NCBI GenBank assembly: GCA_049585595.1
Contig: JBAVAG010000025.1
Span: 17,632 to 81,631, forward strand
Origin: Desulfobaccales bacterium
GTDB taxonomy: Bacteria > Desulfobacterota > Desulfobaccia > Desulfobaccales > 0-14-0-80-60-11
DNA: 64,000 nt
Direction: 5' to 3'
This document shows, piece after piece, positions 8,036 to 17,754 of this stretch. The position numbers and the translations under genes were made by a program. The notes beneath the pieces were generated by a model that had not been told where the DNA came from, ran no database searches, and saw only the letters and a program-made list of their open reading frames with translations. The number at the start of each line of letters is the position of its first letter. Positions within the stretch are counted from its first letter, which is position 1.

Positions 8036-8759
8036 TTCTGATGATGGAGCAATAATTTAATATAAAAAATTTTATATCAATAATTCTTAGCAACAATTTT
8101 CTCTGTCCATATTAGAGCCTTAGCTCTTTTCTTGTCCTTCCCCGTTAGAATCTGTTTGACATAATAATCACAATCTTTTGGTTTGTCACTATTGCCGCAA
8201 TTCCTTATCCTGTATTTTAGGAGGGAAGCCTTATCTTGCATCTTGGGAGGGAAGCTATAAGCTCAAGATTTTCCTAAATTCTATCCAAGCCGCAGGTTGC
8301 ATGAAGAATAAGGATTATGGTTATCTTCCAGACCATTTTGCCATGGTCTCTCGCCGGGATTTCTTCAAGTTCTGTGATTTATCTAGGTCAAGTTCTGCAA
8401 ATTGGTTCGGGTATACGGGGTTTATTAGTTCTCCCGAGCCGCAGGGTTGAGCCGCGGAGGGCCGCGAGAATGGGCCCTCAGGTTCCAGATCCTAGTCAAA
8501 GTTTCGGGTTTATCAAGTTAACTAGATGTCACCCCTTTGCAACTATAAAAAGGAATATTACAAAAATGGGATTTTTAACAGAAATGCAACTTACCTTCTT
8601 GCGCGAACCTCATTCGGACCAAAAGGAGGACTCGTTTACTTTTACAATCTGTAAAAAATATTGACAATTCCCCCGCGGGAGGAACGGGGAGGCTGGGGGG
8701 ACTTGATTAAAGGATATTAATTTTCAACCAGTTGCCCCAGACAACCTTTGCCCGGGGTT

Positions 8760-8775
8760 TGGCACGGCCGTTGCT
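8760..8775 (+). promoter_or_regulatory. sigma54 (-24/-12) promoter
   Basis: TGGCACGGCCGTTGCT matches TGGCACG-N4-TTGCW exactly. It lies about 135 nt upstream of the receiver gene that heads the hdr-met cluster. Confidence 0.6.
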
Positions 8776-8910
8776 ATCCTAAAACCCGGGAGAAGGCGAT
8801 GCCAGTGATCGTCCTACGGAAGAGGGTTATTTTCGATCTAAAAAAGCCGGGGGATAACCTCCCTTACCTGGGTCTTTATCGTTCAAGACAGCATAGGAGC
8901 CTGAGGGCGA

Positions 8911-9306
8911 ATGGCCACAACGGAACGGGTTTTAGTGGTAGATGATGAACTGGATTTTGTGGAGACCATTGTCAAACGCCTGCAGGTCCGAAATATCAAG
9001 GCCAGCGGCGTCGACAGCGGCCCCAGAGCCCTGGAACTGCTTAATGAGCAGGACTTTGACGTGGTAATCCTGGACCTCAAGATGCCGGGGATGGACGGCA
9101 TCGAAACCCTGGTGGAAATGAAAAAAAAGAAGCCCCTGATGCCGGTGATCATGCTCACCGGCCATGCCACGGTGGCATCGGGGATCCAAGGCATGAAGTT
9201 GGGGGCCTTCGCTTACGTGATGAAGCCTGTGGCCCTGGACGAGCTGTTGGAGAAGATCCACAAGGCTCAAGAAAGAAAGCTGATCCAGGAAGGTCAGACT
9301 GAGTGA
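8911..9306 (+). CDS. stand-alone response-regulator receiver (CheY-like)
   Basis: VLVVDDE...DVVILDLKMPGMDG...MLTGH...K pattern. No output domain. Confidence 0.85.
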   Translation: MATTERVLVVDDELDFVETIVKRLQVRNIKASGVDSGPRALELLNEQDFDVVILDLKMPGMDGIETLVEMKKKKPLMPVIMLTGHATVASGIQGMKLGAFAYVMKPVALDELLEKIHKAQERKLIQEGQTE

Positions 9307-9404
9307 CCCTGCCTTTCTCAAAGGCGGGGCGGCCCTTGCTTCCGGGGTTGGTCCATCTTGGGGCCTAATCCCAAACAAATTACCGATTAACGGAAAAAAA
9401 GATA

Positions 9405-10298
9405 ATGAGCCCTGACATGCTAGCAAAACCGACGATCAGCAGCACAGAGAGGTTTTCTGTCAAGCGGGACCGCTCCCTGGCTTCTGAGGTTATTTGGCGG
9501 AGCGGCACGGATTTGAATAAATGTTTTCGCTGCGGCACGTGCGCCAGTGGGTGCCCCTTCATCCAGGCCATGGATTATCCTCCTTTCGGGGTCTTATCGC
9601 TATTGAAGTACGGTATGCGCCAGGAGGCCCTGAGCAGTGTGACGATCTGGATGTGCGTGGGCTGCCATACCTGCTCCAGCCAGTGTCCCATGACCATTGA
9701 CATGGCGGCGGTTATGGATACCCTGCGCCACATGGCCCTGGAGGAAGGGGTGGTCCTGGCTCAGCCGGAGCCCCAGGTGCCGGCGGTGCACCGGCATGGG
9801 TGTGGGCCACTGGAAGTCCTGGTGAGGAACGGCGGTCTGAAAAATATTGCCAAGAGAAAACTCAATGGCTTGAAGTTTGTGCCTAATTACGGGTGCACCT
9901 CCTTTCGGCCACCCCAGTACCATAAGCAGGGGAAATTCATTGAGGGCGAGATGGAACGAGTCCTGATCGCCTTGGGGGCCCAGCCCCTGACCAGGACTTA
10001 CACCAATCGCTGCTGTGGCTCTTTCCTGGCCGCCAGCAGGCCGGATATCGCCACTCCCATGGTCAATACGATCATTGAAGGCGCCCAGGCCGTAGGCGCG
10101 GATTGCATCATCACGGCCTGCGCCACCTGTCAGCTCAATCTGGAGGATCGTTGTACTCTGGAAAAGAAGCTGCCCGTGTTCCATTTTTCAGAAATCCTGG
10201 CTCTGGCCTTGGGGCAAGAGTACGAGGGGTGGCCCCAACACCACCTTGTAGATCCGCAACCAATACTGCAGAAACTGGGATTGGCCAAGGAGCAATAA
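9405..10298 (+). CDS. HdrC-like 2x[4Fe-4S] domain fused to a single HdrB-type CCG domain (paralog 1)
   Basis: CFRCGTCASGCP and CVGCHTCSSQCP ferredoxin motifs, then NYGCT...RCCGSF...ACATCQLNLE (one CCG domain). Confidence 0.75.
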   Translation: MSPDMLAKPTISSTERFSVKRDRSLASEVIWRSGTDLNKCFRCGTCASGCPFIQAMDYPPFGVLSLLKYGMRQEALSSVTIWMCVGCHTCSSQCPMTIDMAAVMDTLRHMALEEGVVLAQPEPQVPAVHRHGCGPLEVLVRNGGLKNIAKRKLNGLKFVPNYGCTSFRPPQYHKQGKFIEGEMERVLIALGAQPLTRTYTNRCCGSFLAASRPDIATPMVNTIIEGAQAVGADCIITACATCQLNLEDRCTLEKKLPVFHFSEILALALGQEYEGWPQHHLVDPQPILQKLGLAKEQ

Positions 10299-10343
10299 GT
10301 TTTTGGGGTAATTTAGTCCGGATAGCTAAACGGAGAAAGGACC

Positions 10344-11243
10344 ATGGCCCAACCCAACATTCCGGCAATACCCATAGACAGCAAGAAAGTAATTTTTCCT
10401 ACCAAGTGGGACCGCTCCCTGGCTACTGAGGTTATTCGACACAGCGGCACGGACCTGAATCAATGTTTTCGCTGCGGCACGTGCGCCAGTGGTTGCCCGT
10501 TCATCCGGGCAATGGATTATCCTCCTTTCGGGGTTTTAATGCTATTGCAGTACGGTTTACGCCAGGAGGCCCTGAGCTGTGCGACGATCTGGATGTGCGT
10601 GGGCTGCAATACCTGCTCCAGCGAGTGTCCCATGGCCATTGACATGGCAGCGGTGATGGATACCCTGCGCCACATGGCCCTGGAGGAAGGGGTGGTCCCG
10701 GCTCATCCGGAGCCCCCGGTGCCGGTGGTGCACCGGCATAGCTGTGGGCCATTGGAACTCCTGGTGAGGGATGTCCAGCGTCTGAAAGATACCGCCAAAA
10801 GGAACCTCAATGGCTTGAAATTTGTGCCTAATTACGGGTGCACTCTCTTTCGCCCACCCTGGCACCAGAGGCAGGGGAAATTCATCTGGGGCGAAATGGA
10901 ACGAGTCCTGAGCGCCTTGGGGGCCCAGCCCCTGCCCAGGGCTTACTCCAATCGCTGCTGTGGTTCTTTCCTGGCCGCCAGCAGGCCGGATATTGCCACT
11001 CCCATGGTCAATATGATCATTGAAGGCGCTCAGGCCGCAGGCGCGGATTGCATCATTACGGCCTGCGCCACCTGTCAGCTCAATCTGGAGAATCGTTGTA
11101 CGCTGGAGAAGAAGCTGCCCGTGTTCCATTTTTCAGAAATCCTGGCCCTGGCCTTGGGGCAAGAATATGAGGGATGGTTCAGCCGCCACCTGGTGGGTTC
11201 GGATCCGCAGCCGATGCTCCAGAAACTGGGATTGGGCGGCTAA
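10344..11243 (+). CDS. HdrC-like 2x[4Fe-4S] domain fused to a single HdrB-type CCG domain (paralog 2, tandem duplicate)
   Basis: Same architecture as 9405-10298 and about 85% identical to it. Confidence 0.75.
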   Translation: MAQPNIPAIPIDSKKVIFPTKWDRSLATEVIRHSGTDLNQCFRCGTCASGCPFIRAMDYPPFGVLMLLQYGLRQEALSCATIWMCVGCNTCSSECPMAIDMAAVMDTLRHMALEEGVVPAHPEPPVPVVHRHSCGPLELLVRDVQRLKDTAKRNLNGLKFVPNYGCTLFRPPWHQRQGKFIWGEMERVLSALGAQPLPRAYSNRCCGSFLAASRPDIATPMVNMIIEGAQAAGADCIITACATCQLNLENRCTLEKKLPVFHFSEILALALGQEYEGWFSRHLVGSDPQPMLQKLGLGG

Positions 11244-11297
11244 CAATTTTTGAGAGGGTCGCCAAATTAGCAACATTTACCAACCTTAGAGGCCTTT

Positions 11298-14200
11298 ATG
11301 AATGACAAATTACTTGGATCTGTAATGGTCGTCGGCGGAGGAATCGCCGGGATGCAGGCCGCCTTAGACATAGCCAATTCAGGCTATTACGTCCACTTGG
11401 TGGAAAAGGGGCCAGCAATCGGCGGGGTCATGGCGCAGCTCGACAAGACCTTCCCCACCAATGACTGTGCCATGTGAATTATCTCTCCCAAGCTGGTCGA
11501 GGTCGGCCGGCATATTAACATTGAGGTGCATCCTCTGACAGAGGTGCAGGAGATTACCGGGGAGCCGGGAAATTTTACAGTCACCTTAGAGAAGCAGCCC
11601 CGGTATGTCGATCTGTCCAAGTGTACGGGCTGCGGGGATTGCGCCAAAGCCTGTCCGGTAGTCATTAAAGATGAATTTAATCTGGGGCTGGCGGATGGTC
11701 GGGCTGCCTATCGCCTCTATCCACAAGCCATTCCCTCGGCCTTTTCCATCCTGAAGGCGTCCCGGGCCCCGTGTACCCGCACCTGTCCCGCCGGGATTAA
11801 TGTTCAGGGTTATGTGCAGCTTATCAAGATGAGGAAATATGAAGAGGCCCTGAAGCTCATTATGGAGCGGCTGCCTTTTCCTGGATCCCTGGGGCGCATT
11901 TGCCCCCATCCCTGCGAGGAAAAATGCCGGCGTCAGGAGATGGATGATCCGATAGCTATTTCCTGCCTGAAGCGGTTCGCGGCTGACCAAGTGGATGTAG
12001 GCCAAATCTCCTTCCCCAAAGCCGATCCCCGGAAAGAAAAGGTGGCCATCATCGGTGCCGGTCCGGCCGGGTTGACCTGCGCCTATCATCTGACCCTGCG
12101 GGGCTATCCGGCCACTGTCTTCGAGGCCCTGCCTAAGCCCGGGGGCATGCTGATGGTAGGGGTTCCGGAATATCGCTTACCCCGAGACGTCTTGGAAAAA
12201 GAGATTAACAACATCCTGAGCCTGGGGGTGGACCTGAAGACCAATATGGCCCTGGGGCGGGACTTTACCCTGAAGGAGCTGTTTGACCAGGGATACAAGG
12301 CAGTTTTCCTGGGCCTAGGTTGCCATAGAGGACTTCCCCTGGGGATTCCGGGAGAGGAAGCCGAGGGGGTCATGCAGGGGGTAGAGCTCCTGCGCCGGCA
12401 TAGTCTGGGACTACCCCTGACGGTGGGCAAACAGGTGGCGGTCATCGGCGGCGGTAACGTGGCTCTGGATGCCGCTTGCACCGCCCGGCGTTACGGCGCC
12501 AACGTCACCATTGTCTATCGCCGCTCCCGGGAGGAGATGCCCGCCCATGCCTGGGAGATCGACCAGGGATTGTGCGAAGGCGTGAGCATCCATTATCTGG
12601 TGGCGCCCTCTAAGGTCTTGTCCGAAAATGGGCGGGTCACCGGGCTGGTCGTTCAGAAAATGGAATTAGGACCGCCGGATGCCTCCGGACGGCGCCGCCC
12701 GGAACCCATCCCGGGATCAGAGTTCGAGCTGCCGTATGACATGGTGGTCCCGGCCATTGGCCAGGCCGCCGGGCTGGATCCTTTAAAGGATGATGGCATT
12801 AAATTCAGCAGTCGTGGAACCATTGAGGTGGACCCGTTGACTTACATGACCTCTCGGATGGGGGTCTTCGCCGCCGGGGATGTCCAATCCGGTCCATGGA
12901 TTGCCGTGGAGGCGATAGGCGGCGCCATTGAGGCGGCGGAGTCCATCCATCGTTATCTCCGGGATATGGATTGGGTTGCCGGTCGCATCAAAGGCGTTGA
13001 TGCCGAGGTCCGCTGGCGGGACCTTCCTAAAGACAGGTGGGGGCGGCCCCGAGAATCTATGGTCACCATCCCCCCGGAGGTCTCTTCCATCTGCTTTGCC
13101 GAGATTGCCCAGGGTTTTACCGAGGAACAGGCCCTGGAGGAAGCGGACCGCTGCATCAACTGCGGCATCTGTTCCGAATGTATGCAGTGTGTGGCAGCCT
13201 GCCAGGCCGGGGCCATCGACCACAGCCAACAGCGCCGGATAATGGACCTTAATGTGGGTTCTGTGGTGCTGGCGCCTGGCTTCCGAGCCTTTGATCCTAG
13301 CGATTATGGAAAATTTCAGTATGCCTCCCATCCCAATGTGGTGACCTCCCTGGAGTTTGAACGGATGCTTTCGGCCGGAGGGCCTTTTGCCGGGCATTTG
13401 ATCCGGCTCTCGGACCATAAAGAGCCCAAAAAGATCGCCTGGTTGCAATGCGTCGGCTCTCGCGACCTGAATCAATGTGAAAAAGGCTATTGTTCCGCGG
13501 TGTGCTGCATGTATGCCGTCAAACAAACAATGATCGCCAAAGAACACAGCAAGGAACCTCTGGATACCGCCATCTTCTTTATGGATATGCGCACTCCTGG
13601 TAAAGGGTTTGAGAAGTATTATTGGCGGGCCCAGGATGAGCTTGGGGTGCGGTTTGTCCGCTCCCGGGTACATAGTATCGAGCCGGTCCCCGGTACCGAT
13701 GATTTGACGGTGAAGTACTGGTCTGAAGACGGCTCTTTAAACACGGAATCCTTTGATATGGTGGTTCTTTCCATCGGGATGGTGATCCCCCCGGACACCG
13801 TGAAAATGGCTAAGAAGTTAGGGATAGAGCTGAGCCCCAATAACTTTGTGAGTGCAAGCTGCTTTGACCCGGTGGCCACTTCCCGGCCCGGGGTTTATAC
13901 CTGTGGAGCGTTTACCGGTCCCAAGGATATCCCTCAGTCGGTCATGGAGGCCAGCGCGGCCGCGTCGGCTTCAACCAGGGCTTTGGCTGCGGCCCGGGGC
14001 ACCTTGCAAAAGAAAAAGGAATTCCCGCCAGAGACGGAAGTGGCAGGGGAGCCAGCCAGAATTGGCGTGTTCGTTTGCAACTGCGGCATTAATATCGGCG
14101 GCATTGCCGACGTACCTGCCATCGTGGAATACGCCAGGACCATTCCCAATGTGGAATACGCGCAAGCCAACCTCTTCAGTTGCTCTCAAGACGCGCAGAA

Positions 14201-15737
14201 GCAGATGGCAGACGTAATCCAGGAACAAAAGCTGAACCGGGTGGTGGTGGCTGCCTGCAGCCCTTCCACTCACCAACCTATCTTCCAGGATATGCTGAGA
14301 AATGCGGCCTTGAACAAATATCTCTTTGAGATGGCCAATATCCGCAATCAGTGCACCTGGTGCCACCAAGCGGAGCCTGAGGCGGCCACGGAAAAATGCA
14401 AGCTCCTGGTCAATATGGCGGTGGCTAAGGCCCGGTTGCTCGAGCCCCTGGAATACATCACGGTGGACGTGACCCATAAGGCCTTGGTAATAGGCGGTGG
14501 CGTGGCGGGCATGGAAGCCAGCTTGGCCCTGGCCGATCAAGGTTATGATGTGCACCTGGTGGAGCGGCAGCCATTCCTGGGAGGTCAGGCTCTCAACCTC
14601 CATAGCACCTGGAAGGGAGAAAAAGTCCGTCCTTATGTCGAGGGTTTGATCGAAAAGGTAGCTAGGCATGACAAGATAGCCGCCCATTTAGGGTCCAACG
14701 TTACCGAGGTCCACGGGGTCGTTGGTAACTTTGCCTCGAAACTCTCCCCTGAGAATGAGGAGATCCATCACGGCATCGTCATTTTTGCCACCGGAGCTGA
14801 ACCTTATGAGCCAGAAGGCCAATTTCTGTATAAGCAAAATCCGAATGTCCTCCTTTCCCTGGACCTGGATCGGGAAATAGCCCAGGAAAGCGAGCGGCTC
14901 AAGAGCGCCGGAGCGGTAGCCTTCATCCAGTGTGTGGGCTCACGCATCCCGGAAAGGCCGTATTGCAGCAAGGTTTGCTGTTCCCATTCCGTGGAGAATG
15001 CTCTGAGGCTTAAAGAGATGAATCCGGAGAAGGATGTCTACATCATCTACCGGGATCTGCGGACCTATGGGGAAAGGGAAACCTTGTATGAAAGGGCTCG
15101 GGAAAAAGGGGTGCTTTTCTTCCGTTATGACCTGGAGGATCCACCCCTGGTGGAAGATGCCGACGGCAAAATAATCATCAAGGTCATGGATCGTGCCCTG
15201 AAGAGGCCGATAGAGCTAACCCCCGACCTCCTGGTTTTGGCTACCGCCATTGTGCCTTATGACAATACCCGCATTTCTGAACTTTACAAGGTTCCGCTTA
15301 GTTCCGAGGGCTTTTTCAATGAGGCGCACGCCAAGATCAGGCCGGTGGACTGTGCCACCGAGGGCATCTTTCTGGCAGGGCTCTGCCATTTCCCCAAACC
15401 CATAGATGAGTCCATTGCCCAGGCATTGGCGTCTGCCTCCAGGGCGTCCACTATATTGTCGAGGGATTCCCTGGAACTGGAATCCACCGTCTCCCGCCCC
15501 ATTGATGAGAACTGCGACGGCTGCGCCTTCTGTATAGACACCTGTCCGTTTAAGGCTATAACGCTGCTAGAATACATGAAAGAGGGAGGGGTGAAGAAGA
15601 CTGTAGAGATTAACGCGATCCTTTGCAAAGGTTGCGGCTCATGTATGGCCACCTGTCCCAAGCAGGGCATCAATATTGCTGGGTTTACGATGGCCCAGTT
15701 GGGTGCCCAGGTAGAGGCGGCGCTCGGATTAATCTAA
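11298..15737 (+). CDS. giant HdrA-like flavoprotein with inserted GltD/NfnB-type NAD(P)H module ('HdrL' type); in-frame TGA (probable selenocysteine) at 11475-11477
   Basis: ATG 11298 is in frame with track ORF 11526-15737. N-terminus MVVGGGIAGMQAAL..TFPTNDCAM-TGA-IISPKL, whereas paralog 17755-22236 has TFPTNDCSTCLISPKL (Cys). Contains GltD-like CPAGINVQGYV..VAIIGAGPAGL, HdrA blocks WLQCVGSRD..CCMYA and FIQCVGSR..CC, and a C-terminal 2x[4Fe-4S] domain. Confidence 0.8.
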
Positions 15738-15758
15738 GGCTAAAAAAGGAGTGCTAAG

Positions 15759-16178
15759 ATGAGCGACCAATATGAACCACTAGTGATCTCCTTCTGTTGC
15801 AACTGGTGTTCCTATGCCGGGGCAGATCTCGCAGGGGTCTCCAGGATTCAGTATCCGCCGAACGCGGTTATCATCCGGGTGATGTGCTCCGGGATGGTCC
15901 ATCCCAATCTGGTGATCGACGCCTTTACCAAAGGAGCTGACGGCGTCCTGGTATGCGGCTGACACCTGGGCGAATGTCATTACCTGGATGGTAATAAAAA
16001 AGCGAAAGACAGGGCAGAAGCTTTAGAGTTAATGTTGGAGGACTTTGGTTTGGAGCCGGAGCGCTTCCGCCTGGAGTGGATTTCTTCCTCGGAGGCCCAG
16101 AAATTCGCGGACGTGATGCGGGATATGATCGAGACGGTGCGGGCCTTGGGCCCCAGCTCTTATAGCACCAGGGCTTGA
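15759..16178 (+). CDS. mvhD: MvhD-type [2Fe-2S] subunit; in-frame TGA (probable selenocysteine) at 15960-15962
   Basis: Track ORF stops at ...[12 protein letters not shown]. The same frame continues [21 protein letters not shown]...[11 protein letters not shown]...LGP to TGA 16176-16178. The TGA occupies the Cys of the MvhD G-C-x3-C-H motif. Confidence 0.75.
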
Positions 16179-16270
16179 CTTGGCGCAGGCAGTTTAAGCC
16201 TGCGGCCACAATCTTTTTTTTATAATGGGAAATAGACCAATCGAGATCTCTTAAACAGGAGTTAATCCTG

Positions 16271-16852
16271 ATGGAAATCAACCTGAACCAACCGCTGGTT
16301 CCTTCTTTTTCCCTACAGGAGCGCCTGGCCGGGGCAGGGGCCACGCCGGTGTCTTCCTGTTATCAGTGTAAGAAGTGCTCCGCGGGCTGTCCTCTGACCT
16401 TTGCCATGGATCTGCTCCCGGACCGGGTCATGCGCCTGGCCATCCTGGGTCAGACGGAAGCGCTCTTGGGCTGCCGGACCATTTGGGTCTGCGCCGCCTG
16501 CGTCACTTGCAGCACCCGCTGTCCCAACGGCATTGACATCGCCGGGGTCATGGACCGGCTCAAGCAAGAGGCGCTCCGGCAGGGCAAAGCCATCGATCAA
16601 CCGGAGGTGGCGGCCTTCCATCGCTTCTTCCTGGACAGCGTCCGCCGGGCTGGCGGCCGCCTACCGGAAATGGCGCTGATGCGCCGCTTTACCCTGTTTA
16701 AACTTCGGCGGCGGCCCCAAATCGGAGAGCTTTGGGAAAATGCCAAACTTGGCTGGGGCCTCTTCAAACGCGGCCGGCTACGTCTATCAGGCCCCCCGGC
16801 CCTCAAGGGGCGGGATGAGATCAAAAAAATCTTTAAGAACACGGGGGCTTAA
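16271..16852 (+). CDS. hdrC: heterodisulfide reductase subunit C-like protein
   Basis: CYQCKKCSAGCP and CAACVTCSTRCP motifs, size about 190 aa. Confidence 0.8.
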   Translation: MEINLNQPLVPSFSLQERLAGAGATPVSSCYQCKKCSAGCPLTFAMDLLPDRVMRLAILGQTEALLGCRTIWVCAACVTCSTRCPNGIDIAGVMDRLKQEALRQGKAIDQPEVAAFHRFFLDSVRRAGGRLPEMALMRRFTLFKLRRRPQIGELWENAKLGWGLFKRGRLRLSGPPALKGRDEIKKIFKNTGA

Positions 16853-16859
16853 GGCACTC

Positions 16860-17696
16860 ATGAAGGTATCCTATTATCCCGGCTGTTCCCTGGAAGGCAC
16901 TGCATCGGATTACGGCGCCTCCATCGCCGCGGTCACTTCCTTGCTGGGGGTGGAGTTGGCGGAGCTGGAGGATTGGAACTGCTGCGGCGCCACCGCTGCT
17001 CACAGCCTCAATCATCAACTCTCTTTCGAGCTTCCGGCCCGCAACCTGGCCCTGGCCCAGAAGGCTGAACGAGACGTGGTGGTGCCGTGTGCCCTGTGTT
17101 TCAATCGGCTCAAGACTGCTGAAAAGGAGCGGCAGCTCCGGGACGAGGTCCTGGGAGATGGCGTCAAGATCTGGGACCTCCTGGACTTTTTCGCCCAGGA
17201 GTCATTTCTGGCCATCCTGAAGAAGAAGATAGTGCGCCCCCTCACCGGGTTGAAGGCGGTGGGCTATTACGGCTGCCTGACATCACGGCCACCGGCCATC
17301 ACCGATAAAGCGGATTGGGAAAACCCTAAAGAAATGGAGCGGTTGCTTAAAGTGCTCCAGGCCGAGCCCCTGGACTGGTCCTACAAGACCGATTGCTGCG
17401 GCGCCGGCCTGGCGATGTCCCGACCGGATCTTATCGATACCCTGGTGAGTCGCCTCTATGACCGGGCCCTGGCGGCCGGGGCGGAGTGTTTCGTGGTCTC
17501 TTGCCAGATGTGCCAGACCAACCTGGACTTAACCCAAGAGCGCATATCAAAGAAATTAAATAAAGATTACTACTTGCCAGTGTTCTATTTTACCGAGCTG
17601 ATCGGCCTGGCCCTGGGGCACCCGGAGGTGGAGGGCTGGCTGGTCCGCCATCTGGTGGACCCGCGCCCCTTGCTGCGGGATAAAGGACTGATGTGA
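16860..17696 (+). CDS. hdrB: heterodisulfide reductase subunit B-like protein (two CCG domains)
   Basis: YYPGCSL...NCCGATA...PCALCFNRL and YYGCLTS...DCCGAGL...SCQMCQTNLD. Start set at ATG 16860, just after the hdrC stop. Confidence 0.85.
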   Translation: MKVSYYPGCSLEGTASDYGASIAAVTSLLGVELAELEDWNCCGATAAHSLNHQLSFELPARNLALAQKAERDVVVPCALCFNRLKTAEKERQLRDEVLGDGVKIWDLLDFFAQESFLAILKKKIVRPLTGLKAVGYYGCLTSRPPAITDKADWENPKEMERLLKVLQAEPLDWSYKTDCCGAGLAMSRPDLIDTLVSRLYDRALAAGAECFVVSCQMCQTNLDLTQERISKKLNKDYYLPVFYFTELIGLALGHPEVEGWLVRHLVDPRPLLRDKGLM

Positions 17697-17754
17697 TGAG
17701 CAGGCGTGGTCTTCCCCTACCGAACCACAACGCCCATCAAAATGGAAAAAACTT

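Noticed and set aside
8036-8700. AT-rich ORFs 8178-8450 and 8317-8664, and an unlisted 54-codon minus-strand ORF (about 8052-8216; MQDKASLLKYRIRNCGNSDKPKDCDYYVKQILTGKDKKRAKALIWTEKIVAKNY).
   Set aside because: There are no RBS or family signatures. The two plus-strand ORFs overlap each other in different frames. The region is better described as decayed, gene-poor foreign DNA next to the IS relic. The 54-aa ORF looks mildly protein-like but is unsupported.
11478-11560. Specific SECIS hairpin assignments downstream of the three Sec-candidate TGAs (also 15963-16030 and 22438-22500).
   Set aside because: Only short (4-5 bp) candidate stems could be seen by eye (e.g. CCTCT-GAC-AGAGG, GGAAA..TTTCC). 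None was convincing enough to annotate, and computational folding is needed.
16186-16230. Intrinsic terminator after mvhD1 (GCGCAGGCAGTTTAAGCCTGCGGC followed by a T8 run).
   Set aside because: The T-run is separated from the hairpin by about 10 nt, and hdrC follows within 40 nt in what looks like one operon. This is more likely one of the dispersed GCAGGC..GCCTGC hairpin repeats.
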